From contig NC_092671.1 of assembly GCF_964355755.1 (NCBI RefSeq), positions 36,900,304 through 36,964,303 of the forward strand: DNA of 64,000 nucleotides. Direction: 5' to 3'. Under the pieces are notes generated by a model. That model was given only the letters and a program-made list of their open reading frames with translations, made no database searches and had not been told where the DNA came from. Numbering within the stretch: position 1 is the first letter of the stretch; each line of letters begins with the position of its first letter. Below are positions 1-13,235 of this stretch, piece by piece. A program made the position numbers and the translations under genes. The stretch comes from Antedon mediterranea (taxonomy: Eukaryota; Animalia; Echinodermata).

Positions 1-423
1 CATTTAAGTTGTTTTATGAACTAAAGCAGGCATAGGACTTTGTGAATGATGAGGGCGCTGTCAATGATTTACAATAAAACATAGAAACGTCGTTGTCACT
101 GTTGTAGTTATCTTATCTTTTGGATAAATATACTTGACAAAACAATTAATTATTGAAGTACGGAGGTGCATACTTAAACATACGACCCGAACACTTTTAA
201 TATAAATTAAATAAAAGGATGATAAAATGTTATGATGGTTTTAAACGTGATAATTTTACATCTTTTTAATCTGTTTATTTAAGCGGGATTTTAAGATTGG
301 TCCGATTGCGTGCACGACGAAAAATATAGATTTGTTTATATGGACATTAATATGCCCATGGAGTAAAGATGATATGCCTACTGGCAGTCATAAAATATCA
401 TTATTGATTTTGACCTTCACTTA

Positions 424-564
424 AGCTCTGTTTACACTATCAAACTTTATGTTATGTGCCCATATATGGACATGATGATTTCATATCACAACCATATTTG
501 GTTTATTACTACCTTATTTGAGTAGATTTTTTGTCACATAAAGTTTGATAGTGTAGACAGACCT
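424..564. mobile_element. MITE family A copy
   Basis: Same TIRs and internal sequence as 27130-27326. Confidence 0.8.
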
Positions 565-704
565 TAAGATACAGTATACTAAAATCAAAGGGTCATCGGT
601 TTGTTGATTATAGAGGTTTAAATTGATGACGTGTTTAGCTGTGAAAACGTTTGTAATAACTATATATACAAACAAATATATCTATTTAAAAGACGTAGGC
701 CTAC

Positions 705-3700
705 CTTCACTTTAGAAAGTGCAATATATGTTTTATTGATTTTATTTAAGATATGTGAAAGTTCGTTGTCGGTTAAAAGTAGATCCTCTTCGGCTGTTTT
801 ATCGCCGTTTACCCCGGCTGTCATCAGTTCTTTCAGGTACCAAGTGTAGTTATGTGGGGCTAGTTTATTCTCACAGATCTCGGCAAAGTTGTACAGATAA
901 TAAGTTAAGACTACAGTAGCTTTTGGAAAGGAGCTTTCTGTTAACCCGACACTGGAATTGGCTCCGATTATCTCGAACAGAGTATCAACAGGTAAACACT
1001 GTGGACATAATACAAATAAGATAATATTAATAACGGGCCTAGAATATGACTTTCTCGTCTAGGTTGCTGAAATTACAGGTTTGATACAACATGATAGGCC
1101 CTAAAGGTATGATTCTGGCATGAATTCAAATCAAAATTTGCAGATGACACTAGGCCTAATATATGAGGATGAGACGAAAGTATTGACTTCGTTCTCTTTT
1201 TCTGGCAAGACCAATTCGCTACAGAATACACTTCGTGACGAAGAAACATTTTTAGAACCATTATCATACACTTGGGTTTTTGGCAAAACGTGTTTTTACG
1301 TCATCGCCGTAGGCCTTGACACGTCTTGTTAGCATAATTGGTGTGGGGATGGAAACAGAATATGTTTAAAAAGTAGACAAGGCCTGAGTGTCAAAGTTTT
1401 TGAGTTCTCCATTGTTAAATCCTTAAATGCCTTAAAAATGTATCTTAATACAGTGTAGGCTCAAAGTATTGAAAATGTATTACTATTACAGATGTTATGA
1501 TGATTATAATAATACAACACTATATTTGATAGAAATAAATTAATGATTTACGATAGGGAGACGACAATGGCTTCTACTTGTTGTTGAGAAACAGGAAGAG
1601 ACCAGGTGTGTGAAATTACGGACATTGATAAAGTTCGTTAATTAATAGGTTCATTAACACACATTGAGAGGTATAGCTATCTCAGTACATTGAGTTCTAA
1701 GGCTTTGGTCTACTTAGATACATACATTTGATTCCAGAATGGAATACAATATCTCAATAATGAATATCTCAGGAGCAATTCAAAATATCACATAATATTT
1801 ATGGTGGAACATGAGTAAATAGTCAACTTAATGTTTAGAGAGTTGATAATAGCCAACCAGGTTTCGTCAAAAAGGAAGATAATGATAATAATAATATATT
1901 TAGGCCTATGTTTACCAAAAATAGTGTGATGTGCCTAAATATGGAAGTCATATGCTCAAATATGGCAGTGATAATGAGATCATGATGTCCATATATGGGC
2001 ACATCACATTTTTCTGAAAACACAGAGTTGTATAGACAGAGCTTTAGATTACATAAATGGAAAATTGCAGCTCCAATAAATAGAAGATAATGCACATCTT
2101 TTTTTATTAATTTAATTAAGTTTTATTAATAATAGTTTATTACTGGACATACCCTATTGAAGAAAATAAATGGTCATGCTGATCATACATTTTCTGTTTT
2201 ATGTATATGATACGGTAACATAACAAAAGCATACGTTATTTTAAAATCTTTAGGCAAAATGCAGCTTTAACGGTTTCCAGACGATTTTAATAATTTATGT
2301 TTTTTAATAACCAATAATGGAGTTGTGTATGATTATATTGAAAAATTGGTTGGTTATATAACTAAAAAAGGGAAACAAATAGATAGGCCAACAGTTCCGT
2401 TTTTATTTCGAGCAAATTAAAAAAAAACTTAGAGTAATGAAATATTATTAAACATGAATCAAAGTAATAACATAATTGTAAGACAGACTTCATAAAAGTG
2501 CTATAAGCCTAGATTTATAAACCCTAATATGGTCTGTATTTTACACTAGGCTATAAAGAGGAACCCGCATGTTTGCTTTATGACCAAAACTAAAATTGTT
2601 TTCAGTTTTTGCTAACTGAAAGCAATTATATAAATGTGACTTAACAATGCAGTTTAATATAAAAATGTCATGATTTATGATGTTTCTTTGGCGGCCTTCA
2701 CCCGGCTATAATGTAGAAACATGCTCCGAATACACGAGGGGGGATTCTATTCGTGGAACAGGTGTGCGACCGTCTAACACGTATGCCTCATGCCGGATAT
2801 CAAATAAACCTTTAGTTACCCTCATTCATCAATGTATCAGGAAAACATAGGCCTATTCCATAAAGGAACATAAAAGAACATAAAATAGATGAACATGCGC
2901 CCGAGCCAAACACAACAAAACAGTTTTTACGAGAATAAGTAGTCCTAGCTAATAACTGTAGTACCACCCGATACCATCGCGAATTGGCAGGTATAGTTAG
3001 GCTATACTAAACACATTTGAATAATCGAAAGGATAAAGCTTGGTTCCCACTATAGGATGCAACGCGAGAACGTAAACGCAACGCAAGCGTGTTGACCAAT
3101 GACAAGCGACTGTTCGAATAATCCATCGCTTGTGATCGGTCGACTCGCTTACGTTGTGTTACGTCCTTGCGTTGCGTCTGTAGTTGGGGAGAACCAAGTT
3201 GAAGATAACTTGACGATTGACTCTTTTCCCAATTTTAATCGTTTAAATGTTTGATAATAATCACATTCAAGATTGCCATTTAGACACATAGGCGGACGTC
3301 AATGGCTTAGTAGGCTATTTTAATCAATGTTAATGTTGTAGAATTTACGCTTTAAAAAAATCAGAAAATTGTTCTAAAGCTCTGAGCAGTCAGGGGGAAA
3401 ATGGCTAAATGTTTCCTACATTCTAGGATTTTTATCAGATAATCTACTGTTTTGAAAACCCTTGAACATGACCACAGTGCTGATTTTACCATTTTCCCTC
3501 TAACTGTGAAATTAAAAGAGAAAACAGTTACAGATTGCATTAATCAATCAACCACCAATTGTTTTTACTGCTTCCCGCCTGTTCGCTCTCTGTCTCTATC
3601 ACACATTTGAACGACGGTTTTCTCAGCTTGGCTCAGAAATGTCATTATGGGAGTTGGAAAAATGGAATCAAAGTCTCCTTGACAATACTATACTAGCAGA

Positions 3701-4195
3701 TATCATGTTCATCATTCATTCATTCATTTATTTCGGTTTAAAATCATTGTCAACATTATATAATTATGCACACACAATCATGACAACAAAAAATACACAT
3801 AAAATGGAGTTAAAAAGGTATAAAACTGCAATAAAGCAATACATTTACAGTCATAAAAGATTATAGTAAATTACGTTTAAAAAGGTATCAAAATACATTA
3901 TGTTATTGTCCAATAATTTCCAATTTCAATCAAATTAATTAATTATTTAAATCTAAATAATTCATGATACAATTTGAATACACCTTACCTCTAAGCACTT
4001 TTCATTTAAAGATTTAATGCAGCCTGACCGTTCCCATAATATTTCTAACAATATGTTTGTCTGTTGTTTCGATAAATGTCCCCCTTGCGACGATTCAAAG
4101 TCCTGTATGAATGTCATGGTGTCCAGTAAAGGGTCGCCACACTTACTGCAACATACGCAAAATAATACCGAAATTAATGTATACGAAAAACGCAT
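705..4195 (-). CDS. SLC39A12: LIV-1 family zinc transporter, ZIP12/ZIP4-like; first two coding exons, gene continues off the left edge
   Basis: Exon 1 (4195-3989): signal peptide MRFSYTLISVLFCVCCS then QGGHLSKQQTNILLEILWERSGC...KCLE, donor GAG|gtaagg. Exon 2 (998-705, 98 codons, cag|...AAG|gtaggc): CLPVDTLFEIIGANSSVGLTESSFPKATVVLTYYLYNFAEICENK...YTWYLKELM. Both resemble the ZIP12 (LLEKTGC..C/CFEPDALL..LLLYYI..EEICSSK..YKFYLHSL) and ZIP4 extracellular domains, with the same Cys-flanked phase-0 introns. Orthology to A12 versus A4 is not resolved. Confidence 0.8.
3038..3200. mobile_element. Palindromic MITE family B (Harbinger-like)
   Basis: TIR AGCTTGGTTCCCACTA and internal palindrome aacgcaacgcaag..ttgaccaatgacaagcga / tcgcttgtgatcggtc; other copies at 23237-23415 and ~4855-4960 (partial). 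Confidence 0.75.
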
Positions 4196-4237
4196 TTTGT
4201 TGATTTGACAGTGGTACTTGCTTTGTAGTATGACATA

Positions 4238-5007
4238 GACGTCACGATATCTTCAAATGGCGATATAAAATTATAATTTGTCCTTTATCGCTTTCTTTTG
4301 TTTTGTTGTGCACACAGCACACTATCAAAGGTTTAGTTATTGGCCAAGATATTATTTGGAATATTCCATTTTAATATAGGGTAGCGATTATGCGATTTTC
4401 TGTTCGAAACCCAATACAGTATTTTTATATCAGATCACTGTATTCTGATGTAAACTGTTCGTATCCATGCAATGCATGTAATGTGTATATTTATATATTA
4501 TTGTAGTATGAACTAACTTATTTACAAAAACAAAATCGGTAGTACTATAAAAATTAATATCTTCCAGGTTGTAGCACGTATGGCCTTGGTCATAACCATA
4601 AACGATAAGTCTTTATAAAGTAAAGATGAACAAAGTGTTAAATTGACGGCCAATTATTGACAAAATCATCGTGACCATAAAATTATGTGACAATAATGTG
4701 ATGTGCCCATATAGGGACATGATGTCATATCACTACCATATTTGGACACATCACACTTTTTTGTCAAACTAGTTTTAAGTTTCATATATGATATAGAATA
4801 ACAGTCAATTGGGGGCGAGGAATTGGGTTAAGTTCACCACGCTTCATTTGTTTACGCTTGGTTCTCAGACGCAACGCGAAGACGCGACATAGCGCAAGTG
4901 GGTTGACCAATCACAAGCGCTGAATTATTCGCACTTTCGCTTGTCATTGGTCAACACGCTCGTATTTATGCTAAATGATTTATATTCTATAGTAGAAATT
5001 GTGTGCA
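4238..5007. promoter_or_regulatory. Upstream region of the ZIP gene with two metal-response-element cores and a CRE-like site
   Basis: TGCACAC at 4309-4315 (+) and 5001-5007 (-) fit the MRE core TGCRCNC; GACGTCA at 4238-4244. Confidence 0.3.
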
Positions 5008-5395
5008 GCACAAACAGGCATAATGTATGTTACAATGTTTATCAGACATAAATAATGAAAAGTTAAAAAGAAGCACAAATGCATACAAAGTTAAATAATA
5101 ATTCATCAAAACCATTTTATTTTTCTTTCACAAAAAAAAAGGACAAAAAGAATCTCTCAGTCACAGAATTAATATACCTAATAAGAATTATCAAAATATT
5201 GTACTACTGGAAGAAACGTGAACCAGCAAAATTATCAAATAATTTGGTAAATTAAATGTTTTACAGTTTAACTGATGAAATCATTGAATGAATTTGAAAT
5301 TTATGTATTTCTCAATTTTATTAGGAATGTACTTTAATGAATGCAACTTTTTAAAATTCTGAATAATCTTAGTTTATTAACTCATAACAAAAAGT

Positions 5396-5478
5396 ACACC
5401 AAATATGGGCAACAGTGTGCCAAATATGGGCAACAGCGCACCAAATATGGGCAACAGTGCACCAAATATGGGCAACAG
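5396..5478. repeat. 21-bp minisatellite, 4 copies (likely BZW 3' UTR)
   Basis: Unit caccaaatatgggcaacagtg; lies between the BZW stop and a minus-strand AATAAA at ~5116-5121. Confidence 0.85.
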
Positions 5479-6410
5479 ACATAAAACAAGACACAAACAT
5501 GTAGTAGACACAATGACTGAAAAACTGTTAATAAATACCCACAATTCATTGCTTCATTGTACACATGAACAATAGTAATCACTGGTGCATCATTATCTAC
5601 TATAAAAAACTACAGAAAAATCAAGTGGGGTTAAAAAGGTGGACTTTGTTTTTACATCCAACACGACACAGTGACTTACAAATGTCTTTTTCTTATCTCT
5701 TATGCAAAATAGAAATTGGTTTATAAATACGTAGGTTGACATTCTAAACCGACAAGTACGATATTTATCTGTGTGTATAATTGCACTGTATACATACTCA
5801 TGCGCTTTTATATTATCTAAAATAAATGTCAGCCTGACAAGCGAGACTGCTAGGCCAGCTATCGTATTACATAGCCTGTAGGCATATTAATATCTTTAAT
5901 TTCAACCAGATTAAGTACCCAACCATTATTGTGTATCCCTATAAATAATATTCTAAATTTTGCAACTCTACACAAGATCTAAGATTTTATCTAAAATCAA
6001 CAAACCAAATTCTGCCAAACCATGATAATCTGTGTGGAGAAATCCGTACCAGTATTGTTTATGTATAAAGCAAGTCCCTAATAAGTTAATGGATTAACTA
6101 ACCAGCATATTCAACAACCAGGAAGGCATGCAAACCTTGGTTATACCATTGAAGTTTTAAATTTCTAGATATTGCTTCTACTGTTGCTAAATAATTTCAT
6201 CATTTGATGATGGAATTAAAAATTATGTTTTTGAATCACAAACATCATAAACTGACGTTTAAACAAGCGGTATTGACCAAAATAAGAACAACTATGCAAA
6301 TAATATGCAAATTTGAGAGCCCTGACACCCATGCTGCTGTCATCTTCTACATCACTAAATCAACGTACAGCGCAGTCCACCAGACTAGAGCATGCAGCAC
6401 CAACAAATCT

Positions 6411-9400
6411 CTATTTCTCCTCTTCATCTGATTCTTCTTCGGAGTCTAAACAAACATTTGTAAAAACATTTTATTTGATTTTCTTCATAATTCAAGCATT
6501 TTGGTGCATTTTAACTAAGCAAATAAACGCTTGAACTAACATGATGTACTCACACTTTTATCAACTAAAGCTCTGTCCACACTATCAAACTAGGTTTAAA
6601 AGTGTGATGTGCACAAATATGGTAGTTATATAACTAAATATGGTAGTGATATGAACTCATCATGTCCATATATGGGCACATCACATTTTTTGGCAACCAA
6701 GTTTGATAGTGTAAACAGAGCTTTATAAAGCTTTTTAAGTAATAGTCAGGATGTTAAAAATGACCGCTGCATCAGGCTCATTAAATCAGTTTACCTCCAA
6801 CTTTAAAGTCAGGTAGTAAAAAGCTCATCATATGCAAATTAGGTCATTAGCAATGCATATTGAATCTTGATATTTAAGACCCATTATTGTGGATATTACC
6901 TATAATATGGGGTTAAGTTGCAAGTTATACGCAACTGATCAATAACAAACATGCAAGGTCCTCTAAAACTAAAAACACAGGTCAAAGGTCCTCTAAAATA
7001 AAGGTCAAATGTCGTCAAAAAACATACCTTCCTCCTCAGCATTTTTCAACCATTCCACCATTTTGGTTGTTTGCTTAATGAAGATCGACTTGCCTTTAGG
7101 TAGATGCAACTCATCATACCATTTAACAATCACCTGCTCAGACAGAACATCAACTAAAAAAATAAATAGTATTTAAAAAAGAGGGTTAGGGAGGGAGCAG
7201 AGAAATAGTTAATAAATTAGTATGTAGTAGAATTTTCCATAAGATAATAGGTTTCGCAACACTACGAATACGATAACAAAACACACTTATTCATAAGCCA
7301 GTAAAAAAAATATTGAGGATGCCGTCCAAAATTTGAATGAAGCGCAGGTACGTACTGCTTGGCTGCCTAGGCCTAGCGTAACGAGCGATGGCTTTAAAAA
7401 CTGCTATTTATCAAAATTGACCTGACATTTTTAGTAAGTTGTTTTCAATAAATTATCTATAATTATATTATAATCATGAATCATTCTCGATTCAATGTAA
7501 AATATGCAAAGTTTTGTAGTTATGAATTTGACTGGCAATATTTGTCAACACGAATATGCTTTACGAACATGAAATGGGGATCAGCTCAAACGTTTCACAA
7601 ATGTGTGACGTTTCCGTTTTGCGAAACCTCCCTAATGTCAACTGTCAAGCATAAAATAACGAAAATCTTTGCCTTGACAAACTATATTATCAAGTTATAA
7701 GTAAATGCTAATCTATGATAGCAATTCAATTTAGTACCAGCAAGTATTATTATTTAGTTAGTCACTTGTGTTGGTAATTCAATTTAGTACCAGCAAGTAT
7801 TATTATTTAGTTGTCACTTACGTTGATAAAAGATCATTAAGATCTTACAGAACATCTTCATAAGATACATATTGTCGAAACAATACTCCTAAAAAAGAAA
7901 AAAAATAAATCAAATATTGTTGGACAACTTATTTCAAGGGCCTATTATTTTTAAAAATTAAAAATAACCACCATTTTTGTTATTACCCGTCTGTGTTCTA
8001 AAGTTAAAAAATCTAGGTCAAATTCATATTTCTTTATTGCGGCAAAACAAATTAAAGTTCAAAAAAGGTCACTAAAAATTAATGTTATGTTGCAGCTAAT
8101 AAAGTACACAGTAAATAAATAATAAAATACATGTGAAGGACAAATGAAAGCAGTTTGAATGTAATCTGTTGTTGCATATACAAAATTGTCGTGAGGTAAT
8201 TTTCCGATTGATCGTAATCAAAACGGTACTGGGTATGGTCTACTAGCTTTTCTGCTCCCAACCAGTACATCCATTCATAGAAGCCTTGATGAAGTAAGCC
8301 TACCTGGTGGTGACCATAGAACGGTCCCGAGATCTGTTGTTACATATACAAAATTGTAATATAAAAAATGCAAAATAAATATATATGAAAAGAATGATAA
8401 AAACAAAATTGATTACAACAAACAAGAGGCAAATTGTAGAAAAGCTTTGAAAAATATAAATATTTCTAGTCATTATTTTTATAATTATCTTTGCATCAGG
8501 CTCATTAAATCAGTTTTACCTCCAGTTTTAAAGTCAGGTAGTAAAAAGCTCATCATTTGCAACGTACATTAACACCATGCAACTTAAGTGTTAACACCAT
8601 GCAACTTGAGTGTTGACACCATGTAACTTGAGTGTTGACACCATGCAACTTGAGTGTTAACACCATGCAACGTGAGTGTTAACACCATGCAACTTGAGTG
8701 TTAACACCATGCAACTTGAGTGTTAACACCATGCAACTTGAGTGTTAACACCATGCAACTTGAGTGTTAACACAATGCAACCTCAGTGTTAACACTATGC
8801 AACTGCAAGTGTAAGCATAGGTTTTTTAAGTAGATTCTGCGTGTAGTGTAACAATTATGGACTCACCTGTATTTTCAAAATCAAACTGATCTCAGACGTT
8901 GCTTTAGTTGTAAAGGCTTCAAATAATGGCGCATACATCTAGAAAATAAATTGAATTAAATAAAGAGTAAATTATGTATTTGTTCAATAGTGGAGTTGTG
9001 TTTTTGCTTGGTGGTTATGATGCTTGACTACCACACCAAGGGTCCTGGGTTCAAGTCCCGTCACATGTCAGGATTTTTTCCAAGGACAAAATTACAACTC
9101 TACTTTCAAAAACATGTAATAAGACTTTGTTTATGTAGAGCATCTTGTGTATATGTTTGTCTTGTGAACTTCTACAGCAATTGCTGGATGGATCACCTTC
9201 ATTAAATATGGTAAAAAAAAAAAATTATGAACTGAGGAATGATTCAACCCCCGGGAGGTAATTTACGAAACAAAAAAAGTATTTTAGCAAAAAATGCGAC
9301 TGCGGCCGCTTACGAGAGGTGGCCGCTTACGGGAGGTACCATATGCACTAATTAGATAGGAGGAACGAACAGGCTTTTGAAAGTGCGTCCGTTAAGGGAG

Positions 9401-12400
9401 GGGGAGCCAATAACGGAGGTTAAACTGTATATAAAGAGATAATTGGAGTATGATTATGATTACTATTATATACCTTGAGATGTTTAGTGACCTGTTCTGT
9501 TATCTGGTCGTCTTTCTTACTCCATTCCTGAGCAGCCATTATGGTTTTCCACAGCAGTTTTGCAACCTCTGGCTCTGGAATATTATGCTTCAACATCGTC
9601 TCAGAGATGTATGCTTCCATCTGATAAAATATTGTTTATTTAAATGTATTAAATTTACTCATAATAAACATTTATCATTATTTATAATATATATTTGTTA
9701 ACAAGAATACAAATTTATATGAATATATATAATTTCAAACGATAAAGATGAGGAAATCTGCGAGAATGAAAAAGGTCCAGCAACCGAGTTTCGAACCCAC
9801 AACCTTCCGTCTGATTTGCAGATGTTCGAACCCTTAGAACACTGAAGCTTTCATGGTATTTGTTCAAAATCAATTGGATAGCAGACTCTTTAACACTCTC
9901 GGCATGGTACGGCGGACCAGTACTAGTCCCTCAACGCACTAGAGATAAAATTGATACGCCCTCATCTTTCTTTATTCATGAAGCTGGATAACACTGGCTT
10001 ACCTCTTTAAGTGGCCTTTCATTTTCTATATACTCTTTAAGCTCAGACACCATTTCATTCTTAATACCTGCTTGTTGCAAGGCTTTCTGCAAAAAAAAAC
10101 CCCACCAAATTTCAATTTAGAAAATTAAAACCAGTATATATACACGGGTAATATTAAAGTCAGGCAATACGGCTGAATGAATTTAACATGCACATACAGT
10201 TGAAAAAAGAAACATCTTACATATTACAAATTTGAAGCACTTTTCACAAGAACCTTAATTAGTTTTATCACATTTCATTGCAGAGTACAAACATTAGGTT
10301 TCTTAGTATTTTGAGACTGATAACTGGCTTATTCTTTAGCATTACTGCTTTTACATACATTAACATACCTGATAGTTGACGAGCGATTCCAAGCCTGCTG
10401 CTTCAAAGTGAAGTGCAAAATTCTCATCCGTGCGCTTATTGGCAGGAAAAATATGCTACAAATACAGAGATATCAATAACAGTCAATCCAATGCTGTTTC
10501 AGCTATACTCTAAATTCACTAAACTAAATACATATATAAATTAGAAAAAGTGAAAGAATATATTGTCCATGATAGATTAGAAGACTCGGATAAATCATCA
10601 GTTCTTTTAGGTAGTTCAGATTGTACTCTTGTGTATTTTAAAATTTTTGTTTCACCCTAGGGTGATCCTAAACAGCGTATGCTGACAATCAAGAGGCCCT
10701 CTTGATGAGTTATGATAAGTGTCTGTGTGTGACAGTGGCTGTGTGTGTACTGGTACTGGTTCAAATAACCATCTCACAGAGACATCTGGTAGCCATTGAC
10801 TTAAAGTTGGCATTTGGATGTGTTACTTTTAAATGTACAGTATGAGAGTGACTACTACCAAATTGCAGAGTCACAAAACAACTTATAAAGCAGTTCATAT
10901 ATACAGTTAAAACATTGCTGGGAATTATAAATTTACTAGTACACTGGAGTAACCACTTACTCGTCTCTAAAGATGTACTAGGTTCTTTAAAGTGCACATG
11001 AGCCAAATGTGTACACTGTTAAGTATTTCTGCTACATAATAAGATCATAAAACTGTTAATATTACTAACCATAAGCTTCTTTTCCAACTCTGCCTTTCGC
11101 AGAGTGGCTGCAATGCTGTTTATGTCTTTGTCCAGAAACCATGTTCTAAAGAGCACAATGGCAAACTCTACAGAAATACCTGTTGAAATCAATCAATTGA
11201 ATAAACAGAATTAGTATGCAAATACCGGTATAAGGAAATCACAATCTCATACAAAGTGTTCGAGCAGGTAAGACTACTGTGTGTTTGAAAGTTTAAGCTC
11301 TGTCTACATATCAAACTAGTTTGACAAACAAATTGTGATGTGTCCACATATGGTGATAATATGCCCATATATGGTGTTGATAAAGTTTGCGGTTATAAAT
11401 TAATAAATTTAACAATACAAAAATAGGGAATAAAGTACCTTCTTTAACCAAGTGCTCTTGAAATAAACTTGCCAAGCAATTTGCAGGAATCAGACCAGCG
11501 GACAAGAAGATTCCAGTCAGCATAGCCAGCTTGTTGCGATCAGACTCAGTAAAACCCTTCAAGAACATCAGGATCTACAACATACAAACAGATACAGGAC
11601 TTGAGAGATTCACTATCATTATTTCTAGTGTACAGGTTACAGTCAGGAGGACCAGCACATGATTTTTATATTTAAATTGATTTATTATTTATTCAAACTG
11701 GGTAAGCAAAAAAAAAAAACCTCTTCAGTCAAAGACTGGTCTCTCAGAGGGCTCAGTTATGATCAGTGGCTGTTCTAGTACACTGGGGTAACCCCCTACT
11801 CATCTCAAAAGATGTACTAGGTTCTTTAAAGTGCACATGAGCTAGATGTGTACACTGGACCTACGGTTTATAGTGCTCATCCGAGAAGACTCGTTTTACC
11901 ATCAGAACCATAGAGTGAGTGAGCCGAAGTAGCGCATCAATCAAGGAGACCTCATGATGAGTTATGATAAGTGATGAGTGGATGTGTGTGTACTAGTACA
12001 TCGGGGTAATCCCCTAAATCTTCTTGAAAGATGTACTAGGTTTTTTTTTTAAAGGCTATTGCTTACAACTTACCTTCTTCATCTCATCTTCCAATAATCT
12101 TTCCAGATATTTATAGCGTCTGGTCACCTTGATGAATACCTACAGAAGATAGTAAATTAATGAAGAAATCTCTGAAAACTAGAAACTCTCCCAATACCAG
12201 AGTTTTCTAAAAGGTTCCCAATTCCTTTTTATTGTTAAAAACACATTCCGAATACCAGATAGGCCTTCCTGGAAATTCATATGCCCATAGATTATTTTAC
12301 CTCATGGGAATATTTCCGAATGGATGCCACATTTTCCTCTTGAGCGAAGAGGCTGACATCACTCCGTGAGACCTTAGTCTTGTCTCCATCTTCCACAAGC

Positions 12401-12982
12401 GTTCCTCCTGGTGCTGCAAAAATAGATAATTTCATAAAATTATCTTACTCAATTATATACATCTAACAAGTTTATATTATGGACTATAATTTTTCAAAAA
12501 TCACTCAACAGACATTACATAGATTACATTCTTATGTATGTGTTTGGTACAGAGGATGTAATTATTTGAACCTTTCAACATAGTAAGTAGTAATGTCATA
12601 AATTCATACATAATGTATAGGGACATTAAGATGCTCGTCCTCACTCTTCTTTAACAGGGATTGGTGGATTCAACGTCTAGAAGAGACTAACACAATTAAT
12701 ACAGGCAAGTCACAAATTGAAAGTTCTTTTTGTTAGCATACCAAGAATTCCTCCAGCTATCAAAATATCAAATAGAGGCTCTGCGTAGCGGCGGTAGTCA
12801 AGCTTGTGTCCCTGGGTGTCAAGGAATTTAGCTACTTGGGCCAGATCAGTTCCTGCTGCGTTAAGCCCCTGTACAATTGCATCACGAAATCCACTAGGGT
12901 CGTATTTTTCTTTCTCATCCCTTTTTCGGACCTTGATCCGTTGTCCTGTCAGTGTTGGTTTTTTCGGCCTTTGATTATTCAT
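6411..12982 (-). CDS. BZW1: eIF5-mimic protein / basic leucine zipper and W2 domain protein (BZW1/BZW2, krasavietz-like), about 427 aa
   Basis: 12 exons, all GT-AG and phase-consistent: 12982-12742, 12413-12301, 12139-12074, 11574-11439, 11179-11070, 10455-10369, 10086-10003, 9620-9474, 8938-8867, 7888-7822, 7153-7028, 6445-6411 (TAG). Motifs: [47 protein letters not shown], and W2 domain EYCFDN...KWY...KGKSIF...[10 protein letters not shown]. Probably the single co-orthologue of BZW1 and BZW2. Confidence 0.96.
6569..6722. mobile_element. MITE family A copy (last BZW intron)
   Basis: Same TIRs as family A, opposite internal orientation. Confidence 0.85.
8569..8803. repeat. 22-bp minisatellite, about 11 copies (BZW intron)
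   Basis: Unit ttaacaccatgcaacttgagtg. Confidence 0.95.
8988..9210 (+). mobile_element. tRNA-derived SINE family 1
   Basis: A-box-like and B-box (GGTTCAAGTCC) head with shared body; second copy on the minus strand at ~33990-34205 (shared gtagagcatcttgtgtatatgtttgtcttgtgaac). Confidence 0.7.
9245..9427. mobile_element. Tc1/mariner (pogo-like) MITE remnant
   Basis: One end reads ...ggaggttaaaCTG|TA; internal repeats ggccgcttacg(a/g)gaggt; the other end is degraded. Confidence 0.4.
11680..11925 (-). mobile_element. Deu/Nin-domain-like SINE (family 3) copy
   Basis: Minus strand: ctcggatgagcactataaaccgtaggtccagtg..cactttaaagaacctag..gagtagggggttacccc. Confidence 0.65.
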
Positions 12983-13235
12983 AAAACTCGTTTCTAAAAA
13001 AAAACACCCAAGAAATTTTAATAAAACCTGAAAACAGACATTTCTTTGTATCTTGTATCTAAAAATGAAAATATGTTATCTACTGTATATAACCTTTTTA
13101 GTACTGTAGCATAACAGTATTATAGTTAAAGCCCCCTGTCCCTACGTTTTTTAGATCTAATTTAAGATCACAAACTATATTTAATGTAAAAATAATACTA
13201 TATGGTCCTATTGCGATAACTTTTTTCGTCTTTAA

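Noticed and set aside
760-992. Apparent plus-strand first exon ending in CAG|gtaaac
   Set aside because: The higher GC content is explained by exon 2 of the ZIP gene on the minus strand.
6360-6413. Possible readthrough of the BZW stop
   Set aside because: The protein ends in the expected acidic tail, the TAG-A context is not leaky, and the next in-frame stop is only 16 codons away.
8990-9065. tRNA gene candidates here and at ~9780-9850, ~22455-22520, ~34480-34560
   Set aside because: A/B boxes are present, but I could not fold a clean cloverleaf and most continue into shared repeat bodies. They are treated as SINE heads.
13130-13231. Kolobok-like left end (ttaa|agccccctgtccc)
   Set aside because: No matching right end was found in the window, so it is not called as an element.
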